DNA of 64,000 nt from Eledone cirrhosa (Eukaryota). The notes under the pieces were generated by a model. It was not told the DNA's origin. It saw only the letters and a list, made by a program, of their open reading frames with translations, and made no database searches. The stretch lies in contig OZ024741.1 in the NCBI GenBank assembly GCA_964016885.1, positions 175,026,001 through 175,090,000 on the forward strand, written 5' to 3'. Position 1 is the first letter of the stretch, and the number at the start of each line of letters is the position of its first letter. Both the position numbers and the translations under genes were made by a program. This document shows, in pieces, positions 40,503 through 51,524 of the stretch.

Positions 40503-40714
40503 ATATAGAAACTACTTCTACAGGACTAAAACTATTTCATTAGTTTGAAATCATCAGGAATGGATATTCCTGAGGATTTCAAACGAATGAAACAGTTCTA
40601 GTCCTGTAGGAGTAATTTCTATATAAGGTATATATGTATCTTCCCTACTAATATATTGTGTTCCTTATTTAACTAGGGTTTCTTTCCGTTCCCATTCGAA
40701 AGACCATTCTTAAT

Positions 40715-40715
<1 letters not shown>
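40503..40715. mobile_element. Fold-back cassette (arms about 40503-40560 / 40567-40624) with a hammerhead-like motif in each arm
   Basis: Plus arm uauuc CUGAGGA uuucaaacgaau GAAACAG..CUGUA ggagua; the minus arm has CUGAUGA...GAAAUAG..CUGUA. Flanked by (CA)n and (TA)n. Confidence 0.65.
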
Positions 40716-40761
<46 letters not shown>

Positions 40762-40848
40762 GTAAAAGGTAAACAGAAATAACAACACAATCGGTACAGT
40801 ATATGGAAGGTATATATTAGGTTAACGCTTGATATAGCAGGAAGAGGG

Positions 40849-40884
40849 TCTTAACGTTTCGGACGCTAGTCCTTCATCAGAAGA
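40849..40884 (-). ncRNA. Minimal hammerhead ribozyme motif
   Basis: ucuu CUGAUGA a GGAC uagc GUCC GAAAC GUU aaga; loopless palindromic stem III. Confidence 0.75.
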
Positions 40885-41045
40885 AAGAATGAGAAATAAA
40901 ATAGATTAAGGGGACGGGCGGGATGGAATTGGAAAAAAAAAATATATATAGTATGTGTGTTTGTACATCTATATAATATATATCTATATGTAGATAGTAT
41001 ATACCTATATCTATATAGTATGTGTGTCTATATATATGTATATAT

Positions 41046-41617
41046 ATATCAACTAGAAATAGATTGACATATATATATATATATGAAATAAACATATGGA
41101 ACAATCACAGGGAATAATTTGTAAAGTATGTACGCACACATAGCTAGGTAGGTAACTAATTAAAGTTTAACTAGAACTTCAAATATAGATACCTTTTAAA
41201 ATGATTAATCTCCTTTGTATATATTTCTTTAAATAAAAAATATATTTCACCAATTCACTGGGATGACGCTGTGCGATGTGTGTATTTTTTTAAAATGCAA
41301 CACGTGGTTCAAGTCATTCACAGATTTGCATTTGCTTTGTAAACGCAGATGGTTGGATCTTCTCCTTTGGTGACCATCCAGGATTTGACTACTGTTATTT
41401 ATTGATTAATTGGTGAAATATATTTTTTATTTAAAGAAATATATACAAAGGAGATTAATCATTTTAAAAGGTATCTATATTTGAAGTTCTAGTTAAACTT
41501 TAATTAGTTACCTACCTAACTATGTGTGCGTACATACTTTACAAATTATTCCCTGTGATTGTTCCATATGTTTATTTTATATATATATATATATGTCAAT
41601 CTATTTCTAGTTGATAT
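41046..41617. repeat. About 210-bp near-perfect inverted repeat (41046-41255 / 41408-41617) with about 150-bp spacer
   Basis: The arms read as reverse complements with only about 2 mismatches. Confidence 0.9.
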
Positions 41618-41859
41618 GAAATGCTCGGATCTATTCATTGGAATCTTTGAACTTATTCTGCAGTGGATATGGCGCATGTCTCTCAGACATGACAACCCTT
41701 AATTTAATTTTGGATATATATGTATATATATCTATATATCTATATCTACATAATATGTGTGTCTGTATGTGTCTATGTCCCGCAACCTATGGTGTGACAA
41801 AAGAGAAATCGAGAAAATAAGCACCAGACTTGAAAACAATAGGTACTGAATTTGGTAAA

Positions 41860-42170
41860 GGGTAAGAGTAAAGACCCCATTTCGGTCACGAATGACCATG
41901 GGATTTACACCTAGAAAGTTCCCCTCTGAGGCAAGGTTGTTTGTGGGAGACCAGCAGTCGTCCATGCATACCAGCCTCCCCTCTCCACGCCACCAATGTT
42001 GTCCAAGGGAAAAGCAAAGGCCGACGCAGCTTGACACCAGTGACGTCACTACTCATTTCTACAGCTGAGTGAACTGGAGCAACGTGAAATAAAGAGTCTT
42101 GCCCAAGAACACAACGCAAAACCCGGTCCGAGAATCGAACTCACAACCTCACGATTGTAAGCCCGATGCG
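41860..42170 (-). mobile_element. tRNA-derived SINE, family 2
   Basis: Minus-strand B box GAGTTCGATTCT, followed by ...cttgggcaagac...tgctccagttcactcagctgtagaaatgagta. Confidence 0.75.
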
Positions 42171-42219
42171 AGACAGTGCTCAAGTGAAGCCGCAGTCTAT
42201 TATTATTGACTGTGAAATT

Positions 42220-42553
42220 GGTGGATTGGCAGTATTGGTAGAGGGTTGGACGCCATGCTTTCCAGCATAGTTACGTCCCTTTATGATCTGAGTTCAAATC
42301 CCGCCGAGGTTGACTTTGCCTTTCATCCTTACGGGGTCGATAAAATAAAGTACCAGTAATGCACTGGGTAATTGCTGGCCTTGTGTCTAAAGTAGAAACA
42401 ATTATTATTGACTGTGAAAAAACTAAAATAATTGTTTCTACTTTAGGCACAAGGCCAGCAAGTACCCAGTACATTACTGGTACTTTATTTTATCGACCCC
42501 GTAAGGATGAAAGGCAAAGTTAACCTCGGCGGGATTTGAACTCAGAATGTAAA
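42220..42553. mobile_element. Two family-1 SINEs tail-to-tail (42220-42400 +, 42430-42553 -)
   Basis: The plus copy is flanked by the TSD attattattgactgtgaaa; the minus copy is 5'-truncated. Confidence 0.88.
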
Positions 42554-42872
42554 GTATATATATATTATATATGTGTGTGTATTGTGTTGAGAAAATCGAT
42601 GTCGCTATAGTGTAAAGATGCCGAAATCTCTCGGTATTCATTGCCTTATTAGATTTTCCTAACAGTGTTTAGCAAACTTACAAGTGTATCTTAACTTGAT
42701 TGTTTTTACTAGAATGTTATACATTATATGCTATAATGAAATAGAATTTAATTAAAAAAAAAAAAAAAAAAAAATTAATCCACCGGTATGTTTTCAATTT
42801 TCTTAAGTTTTCAACACAATTCAACAGTACATCTAATCAATTAATTAAATTCTTCTTCTTCTCCTCATCGTC

Positions 42873-43075
42873 CTTCTTCTTCTTCTTCTTCTTCTTCTTC
42901 TTCTTCTTCTTCTTCTTCTTCTTCTTCTTCTTCTTCTTCTTCTTCTTCTTCTTCTTCTTCTTCTTCTTCTTCTTCTTCTTCTTCTTCTTCTTCTTCTTCT
43001 TCTTCTTCTTCTTCTTCTTCTTCTTCCTCCACCACCACCACCACCACCACCACCACCACCACCACCACCACCACC

Positions 43076-43141
<66 letters not shown>

Positions 43142-43158
43142 GTTGCTGCTGCTGCTGC
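42873..43158. repeat. Compound trinucleotide microsatellite (TTC)n(CAC)n(TAC)n(TGC)n
   Basis: Directly visible. Confidence 0.95.
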
Positions 43159-43358
43159 CACAAAGTTATAATACATAAATTCAAACACAGAAAGATATGC
43201 AGATACACATACGCATATATGCTCTGATGAACATAGATATATAACAAATACAAATACTTCTACACAACTGTTACTTGTGCCATGACGAAGTTCTGCTTCC
43301 ACCTTACCTTGTCCAGCATTGCCACGTAAAGTTCCCTTGCCTCTAAACTATTACCATC

Positions 43359-43750
43359 GTCAGTTGTATTAAAATACTTAATTTTATCAAATCGTAGTTC
43401 AAATATTATGGTGTCAGTTGTATTAAAATGCTTAATTTTATCAAATCGTAGTTCAAATATTATGGTGTCAGTTGTATTAAAATGCTTAATTTTATCAAAT
43501 CGTAGTTCAAATAATATGGTGTCAGTTGTATTAAAATACTTAATTTTATCAAATCGTAGTTCAAATAATATGGTGTCAGTTGTATTAAAATACTTAATTT
43601 TATCAAATCGTAGTTCAAATATTATGGTGTCAGTTGTATTAAAATACTTAATTTTATCAAATCGTAGTTCAAATAATATGGTGTCAGTTGTATTAAAATG
43701 CTTAATTTTAATGCAACTGACACCATATTATTTGAACTACGATTTGATAA
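43359..43750. repeat. 54-bp minisatellite, about 6.5 copies, ending in an inverted partial unit
   Basis: Unit gtcagttgtattaaaat(a/g)cttaattttatcaaatcgtagttcaaata(t/a)tatggt; 43714-43750 is the reverse complement of part of the unit. Confidence 0.92.
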
Positions 43751-44293
43751 GTGTTATATATTATCTGTTGTTCTTGAATGATTTGTATTGATATTTAATT
43801 AATCGTTTTGGATTTTAATTAAACTTTGATGATCTCTATGGTTAATGTTAACTAATAAATAACTAATTTCTCTATATAAATTCCTGCGATTCTGACACAA
43901 CACGTAAAGTGAGAGGAGGAGTTTGACTACTTCTTACTACTCTTCTCTCTTTACGTCTGCTGCCTGCGTGAATGTATGTGTGTAAAAGGAAAGCAGGGGG
44001 TGGTGAAAACACTATAGCAAAATAGCGTCTGGCGTTCCATTTGTTATGCTGTGTATGTGTGTATGTGTTTGTGTGAATGTATGTCTGAGTGTCTTTTTGT
44101 AAGCGTGTCTGTGTTTGCGAATTTATATTTATATACTTATACACATAAATGTAAGCATATGCATCAGCGTGTTGAAAAAAATCCTAGTAAATAAAATAAT
44201 TTGCTGTCTGTAGTATATTACAATGGGAATAAACAATTGCCAGTGATTAAAGACCTTGAACTTTTAATTTTTGGTTTCTAAGCACATTGTACG

Positions 44294-44358
<65 letters not shown>

Positions 44359-44488
44359 TTAGTTATGTAATAAACAACATAAGATAATTATTTCATTTAC
44401 CAGTGGTTTCTTGAAGTCAGATGTTATATCTGTCTTCAGTCGTCAGAATGAATAAATTACATGGTGTAAATAAATAACATGTTATTTA

Positions 44489-44549
44489 TTCATTCTGACG
44501 ACTGAAGACAGATATAACATCTGCCTTCAAGAAACCACTGGTAAATGAA
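44489..44549 (+). ncRNA. Hammerhead ribozyme motif (mirror copy at 44392-44452, minus) in fold-back cassette 44359-44646
   Basis: UUCAUU CUGACGA cUGAAG aCAGAU auaac AUCUG cCUUCAa GAAACC acu GGUA AAUGAA; all three stems pair. Confidence 0.82.
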
Positions 44550-44697
44550 ATAATTATCTTATGCTGTTTATTACATAACTAATAAGCTCTGTAGCCTACA
44601 TAGAGCACTCATTTTTCCTGTACCTTTCCGACGGAAATACTTCATTTATATATATATATATATTTAATTAGAAAGTGAACAACACAATATATAATTA

Positions 44698-44767
44698 CTC
44701 CATTACCAAAGGTTTCAGGACCCTCGAAAATTTTTTATTATACGTCTAGATCGTTCGTCAGACAGAG
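44698..44767 (-). ncRNA. Hammerhead-like motif between 30-bp inverted repeats (44665-44694 / 44771-44800)
   Basis: cucugu CUGACGA ...GAAACC uuu GGUA auggag; stem II is degenerate. Confidence 0.6.
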
Positions 44768-44859
44768 ATGTTATATATTGTGTTGTTCACTTTCTAATTA
44801 ATTAGCTCTTTCTATAAATAGAGCACTCTTTTTTCCTTTACCTTTTCTTCGGAATTATC

Positions 44860-45123
<264 letters not shown>

Positions 45124-45150
45124 CCTAACTCGTCCTATGGACTGAGTGCT

Positions 45151-45211
<61 letters not shown>

Positions 45212-45235
45212 GGATATAACCCTCCATTGTTCTAC

Positions 45236-45317
<82 letters not shown>

Positions 45318-45319
<2 letters not shown>

Positions 45320-45940
45320 AAAACAAATAACGAAACGAAATTAAATTTCGTTTCGTTTGTAACTCACTTTTGTATGACTGACGCTTATGTATACGTGTGT
45401 GTATTCATATGCATACTAGTATTTCAGTATACTAGTATTTCAGTATACATATGTGGATGTACATTTTTAACTTAATTGTTTAAGCGTCAGTCATACAAAA
45501 GTGAGTTACAAACGAAACAAAATTTAATTTCGTTTCGTTATTTGTTTTTATCGTCTCCGTTGAACCGGTACGTACTCACACTCTATGCAAATTAGTCTGC
45601 CCACTACTAATTTTCATAGAAAAGGCATATAACGATATGTGCTTTTACGATTCTCCAGAAAGGCCGGTAGATAGGTAAATATTGCTGATAAGTTGTAACA
45701 ACAACGAAACTAGTTCAATATTCCTTGTCTGGCTTTCTGGAGAATAGAGGAAAGGTGTTTCCTCAAAAACCAGTATGACTCTAAAAACCGGTTTGTCTGT
45801 GTGTTTACATACAGAATAGCTGGCCACTCACAGTAAAGTGACCAGTGAAAGACTTGGTACATCTACATATGTATACGTGTGTGTATTCATATGCATACTA
45901 GTATTTCAGTATACATATGTGGATGTACATTTTTAACTTA

Positions 45941-45945
<5 letters not shown>
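45318..45945 (+). mobile_element. Cassette with 70-bp inverted arms (45318-45387 / 45481-45550), a terminal direct repeat (45388-45478 similar to 45870-45945) and a hammerhead-like motif
   Basis: At 45678-45722: AAUAUUG CUGAUAA GUUG uaacaa CAAC GAAAC ua GUU CAAUAUU. Flanked by (TA)n on both sides. Confidence 0.65.
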
Positions 45946-46038
<93 letters not shown>

Positions 46039-46052
46039 TAAAAATCGACCAC

Positions 46053-46143
46053 GGCGCCAAGCAGTTTCGACTTGTGTGTTCAGCAATCCCTTTCAACCCA
46101 TGAAAAGCTTGCTTGAACACACAAGTCGAAACCTCTTGGCACC
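46053..46143. repeat. 30-bp inverted repeat cassette between microsatellites
   Basis: ggcgccaagcagtttcgacttgtgtgttca pairs with tgaacacacaagtcgaaacctcttggcacc. Confidence 0.75.
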
Positions 46144-46260
46144 GCTATCTGAGTTTTACATATCGCTATACCTACTCTGCATCTCCCCATGTATTGAGTA
46201 CTCCCATGATTAATAGTCTCCTCGGTCTCAGCACCGCAGACCCCCCCTCTCTCTCTCTCT

Positions 46261-46318
<58 letters not shown>

Positions 46319-47792
46319 GATTTAGGATTTATACAATATATAAAACAGTCGAAAGTTATGTAAAGGATGATAACTGCTTGGATTTCTTTTTTTCGTAGTC
46401 AACTATTGATATTTCCTGAGTTTCCTTGTGGAAATTCCTGCATCATTTCCTCGCTCCGGTAGACCATGCTGGAAATCCATATAGATCACTTCAACGTTTT
46501 TCCCCATTTTCCCGGTCATTTCGCAGAAAACGTATTTTCCATAGAAATTTCTGAAAAAGAAACGAAAAAATATTCACTCTCATTATCTTTATAAACCGTT
46601 TTCATTATTCCATTTGTTCATTCAGCCTATTGAAACTTCTGTGCTTCACTCTTTTGCAATGGTCGTTGAAAGGATATTGTATTAGTACATTACATCCAAA
46701 CAGCACTGTTATAAATCGTCTCTGAATATTTGCTTTTATTATTGTACTATCTATATACTACGTGTAGATATCTGAAGTCACTGCTAATCTTCTTTCGTGC
46801 TCTAGTCTCAGGTAGGCGATAAATCACACTTAGATTAAGTTTCTTCAGCCATCACAACCACATCATAAATCTAAAGATTTGGCAGGCTAAGTCTATCGTC
46901 TGCTATATACAATTCTAATACCAGCCAATAAACCAAAAACAGACAAGCCAAGTTAAGATACTAACTGATTATCTATCTAACTAGCATCGTTCCAAATATC
47001 ACTTCATCTCTCTCTTTTTATTCTATTTTGCTAGTATCGAACATATTGTTAATATGCGATTTCAATGATGGTTTTACAAAGTTTCGTGAGAGCAAAGCAT
47101 ATCACAATTCTTCAATTTTCTAACTACTCTTTCATCTCTTCTTTTATGGTGTCGTTTGCACCACTAGTCTCCACCATCCTTATCACCAACAAACATATTT
47201 ATAATACTGCTATCATTCACCATCATCTTCACTACCAGCTCTAACATTACAATTACCCTCACCAGACTAAATAAAACAAAACTAGTAATGTTATAAAGCA
47301 AACGAGAGACGTATTTGCTATTATGGTGTTGCTAGTGTTGCTGATAGTGACACGGTTGAATATAATTTGGCATTACATTCCGAAAATAATTGACCACATA
47401 GTTATTAGCATAGAATTTCATACGTAAAAAAAAAAGGAATATAAATCCTTCATTATTCATTAGATATATCATATGAAAGAACATTATCACTAAATTTGCT
47501 TAGATTCTAACAAGAAAATATCAATATTTCTTCAGTGAAATCGAATGCCATTATTTAAGAAGCAAAACGATACAAAAGGATGTACAGAATTGACCAAAAT
47601 GATTTATCAAGCGTTCATTCAAGAAATACTTTAATGTTAGGTTGCTGATATCTTCCCTAAAGAAATTTATCAGAAATCAAAGACAAATCTGGATAGATGG
47701 AAAATAGTTTGTTAGGTCTTAAGGGAAACATTAATGTTTATTATGTTATTTCAGTATTATTATAGGTACATACAAGATACATAGCTGCCTGC

Positions 47793-47870
<78 letters not shown>

Positions 47871-48289
47871 GTCTATCTATCTATCTATCTATCTGTCTGT
47901 CTGTCTGTCTGGTTGGCTGGACTGGCTGGCTGGGATGGCTGGCTGAGATGGCTGGCTAAGATGGCTGGCTAAGATGGCTGGCTGGCTGTATCAACAACCA
48001 TTATCGGTATGTTTGTTAAACGAGTAATTAGACGAATAAACATATTTTAATGTATATATATATATACATTATATGAATAAGATTTCAACACATGCATACT
48101 ACTTAGAGTTTCAAACTTCAACTAGCATAGGATATAGATATTCTGTATCTGCCAGTTTAGTTATCTTTAGGAAAACCAAGATGGCTGAATGTTATTTTAT
48201 ATGAGATCTCATCATGATTATATCACCCTGAAAGATCATAAAGAGGACTTTAATAACAGACGTACTTGTAGTTGTAGATTAATTAACTG

Positions 48290-49930
48290 CGCTAGAACCG
48301 AAATGGGATTAGCCAGTTAGAAGATATTAAGAAAGGTAAATACACATATTAAGAACAATACTAACCTATTACAGTGGAAGAATACTTCTTCAGCGATAGG
48401 TTAGATAAATAATTGTTTCTACTTTAGGCACAAGGCCAGCAATTACCAGTGCATTACTGGTACTTTATTTTATCGACCCCGTAAGGATGAAAGGCAAAGT
48501 CAACCTCGGCGGGATTTGAACTCAGATGGTAAAGGGACGTAACTATGCTGGAAAGCATGGCGTCCGACCCTCTACCGATACTGCCAATCCACCGCCCTTA
48601 GGTTAGATAAATAATATTCCAGAAATATATAAGGCCAAGTTCACACAGAGGTTTACCTCTTTATCCCTAGATCATTATTAGTTAAGGCTCTAGAGTTCGC
48701 CCGCCGATTTGGTCCAATTACTGACCAAGAGATAGAAGTCATTACGCACACTATTAAGACGATCCTATTTACTAATGAGGTTACATGGGTTAAAAATCAA
48801 GTCCAGAGGATCCCTTCGATATATCGATGGGATCTTATGATAGAGCAGATGTGTGCGATTTGATTGGACTTTTTATTCTCCATACCATTAAAAGAAAATT
48901 CCCCAACCACGCCGTAATGACGGTTTGGCAGTATTCCATAACTGTAATGTGCATTCCATGGATAATTTCCGCAAAGAACTACTACACACATTTAATAACT
49001 TAGAACTTAAAATAACCGTAGAAACTAAACTAACCAATGACAACTTCTTGGATGTAAACTAGGATTTTGCTACAGGTATCCACAAACCCTATCAAAAGCC
49101 TAACGAAACATTAAAATACATTAATAGAGGATCCTGCCAAGCTTCATCTTTAAAAATCTCGTCACTTATATTAACCGTAGGATCTCCACCTTATCTTCCT
49201 CCAGGGAAATTTTTAATTGGACAGTAAAGCACTATAATAAAGCACTCACGGATAAAATTAAATATATACCTAATACCGCCACTCAAAATACACGCAAAAA
49301 TAAGAAAAGAGAGGTCATTTGGTTTACAACACTCTTCTCCATAGCAGAGAAGACTAACATAGGTAAAATATTCTTAGAGTTATTAGATAAACATTTCCCT
49401 CCTGAACATAGTTATGTGAACATTTTCAACTGGCAGTCGGTGAAGATCAGCTACTCCTGTGGTCCTTCCATGAAAGCAAAAATTACATATAGAAATGAAC
49501 TTGATGTAAACCCGGGTTTTTCATGCAGGATAAAAGAAGAATACCCTCTGCAACAAAAATGTGACACGAAGTCAGTCATATATGAAGCCACTGTCACACC
49601 AACTGTAGCCAATTACATAGAAAGCAGAGAACGATATGTGTGTATGACACCGGATTGGTTAATATAACAGTACGACTCACATATCATATATTTCAAACAT
49701 CTAGAAATGAGGACGTCCACGGCACTGGCAAAATCCTGTGTGGGACCTGAAGGATAAAGAGATTCCATATACAATTAATTGGAATATTCTCAATAATTCA
49801 CGCTCCTACAGGAAAAGAACGAAGAGGTGTTCATTTTGTTTAAATGAAACATTTAGAATATTACTTATTCTGAAGTCCCCCGAGAAACATTTAAATACAA
49901 AAAAAAAAAAAGAATTGTAGGCCCGGTTGC
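48290..49930 (+). pseudogene. Decayed Penelope-like element ORF (RT + GIY-YIG endonuclease)
   Basis: Translated fragments LLQWKNTSSAI, FDISMGSYDRADVCDLIGLFIL, RNDGLA (from YRDDGL), NFLDV, KPYQKPNETLKYIN, KISYSC, CDTKSVIYEATV, WDLKDK..YTINWNIL, RCSFCLNE. Confidence 0.85.
48414..48598 (-). mobile_element. Family-1 SINE inserted in the Penelope ORF
   Basis: Full copy with a 17-bp TSD taggttagataaataat. Confidence 0.92.
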
Positions 49931-49990
49931 CGCTTGGTATTCTACGTTTGATATTACACCGTTGTCGGTATCCTTAAGAAGCAGTGTGTT

Positions 49991-50053
<63 letters not shown>

Positions 50054-50077
50054 TTAATATATATTTTTATTATATAT

Positions 50078-50533
50078 TGTGTTGACATATTCCCGAAAAA
50101 TTTGAATTAAACATTTTGTTAAAATTTGAGACAATAATAATAGTAATTATTATTATGATGCTGGGATTGATGGCGGTGGTGGTGAAATTGCCGTTATCTG
50201 GCTGTTATATTTAGTGTGAATGGATAGGTGGTGTATCAAGTTTCTGGTGTTGGTGAAATTGCTGTTATTTGGCTGTTCTATATAGTGTAGACAGAGGGTA
50301 TTTTCTTCCATTTATAACCATTTTCTTTTTTTGAATACAAAATATATAATACAAAATTGAATATTTGAGCGATACAACAATATAATATGGATCCGAAACT
50401 TTACGGGACCTCATTCGGTGGTTTATGCAACAATTGTACTAAGAATTGTTATTTCACAATTGATTTAAATATGTTAAAAATCAAAAACTTACGGGAGCGA
50501 TTTCATGACCTTCTACCACCTCGTGCGTCTTCT
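50078..50533. repeat. Left arm of a long inverted repeat (partner 57577-58050)
   Basis: Reverse-complement match across about 460 bp with moderate divergence. Confidence 0.85.
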
Positions 50534-50576
50534 TCCCTTATTTCTTCTTCTTCTTCTTCTTCTTCTTCTTCTTCTT

Positions 50577-50607
<31 letters not shown>

Positions 50608-50608
50608 T

Positions 50609-51524
50609 AAGTAACTGCAAAGAAAGAACTGCTACAGAAACTGGCTAAGAAATGGCAAGAAAAGCCTCTGTATGGAAAATACCCAGAGCGAGCTAACAAT
50701 CCTGATATTGACAAAACTTTAACCCATCAGTGGTTGGCATCCTCTGGACTGAAATCGGAGACTGAAGGACTGATTATATCAGCACAAGATCAGTGTCTGC
50801 CAACAAAAAATTACCAAGCCAACATAATAAAAAATGGGTGCAGCCCATTATGCCGTGTATGCAAAAAATAACCAGAGACCATTGACCATATAATTTCAAT
50901 GTGCAGTCCTATAGCTCCAACCGAATACCTAAACAGGCATGACAGAGCTGCACAATACATACATTGGATAATGTGTAAGCATTTTGACCTGCCCCATCAA
51001 AAGAATTGGTGGGAGCATCAACCACCTCCCAGACTTGAAAAAGATCACATCTCAATCTTGTGGAACTTTAGCATCCAAACAGACCGAAAAATAGATGCAA
51101 ATAGACCTGATATAATATTGAAGGACTTTCAAAAGAGGGTATGCCTGCTAATTGATATGTCTGTTCCAATAGACAAGAATGTATGTATAAAAACATTTGA
51201 AAAATTGAGCAAGTATAAGGACCTGGAGATAGAAATTGGAAAAATGTGGAAATTGAGAACTAAAACAATACCAGTGGTTGTAGGCGCTCTGGGAATGATA
51301 CCTAAGGGGTCTAATGATTACATATCGCAAATACCAGGAAACCCGCGTATAGGAGAAATACAAAAGATAGTACTAATGGGAACTGCCCATATACTAAGGA
51401 AGATTCTGTCAATATAAGTACATCACAAGTCTAAACACTAAAGATGCATGTGTGAATATGTATGTTCTTTCTTGAACATGGCGGACCTTGTTGTCTCTTG
51501 AGGTCACTGGTTGTGACTTGGTGA
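50609..51524 (+). mobile_element. RLE LINE 3' fragment, near-identical duplicate of 56606-57523
   Basis: ORF 50899..51417 (RHD, RPDII, IDMSVP, KYKDL, PVVVGALG). Confidence 0.88.

Noticed and set aside
42865-43302. Poly-V/poly-E ORF
   Set aside because: It is a compound trinucleotide microsatellite.
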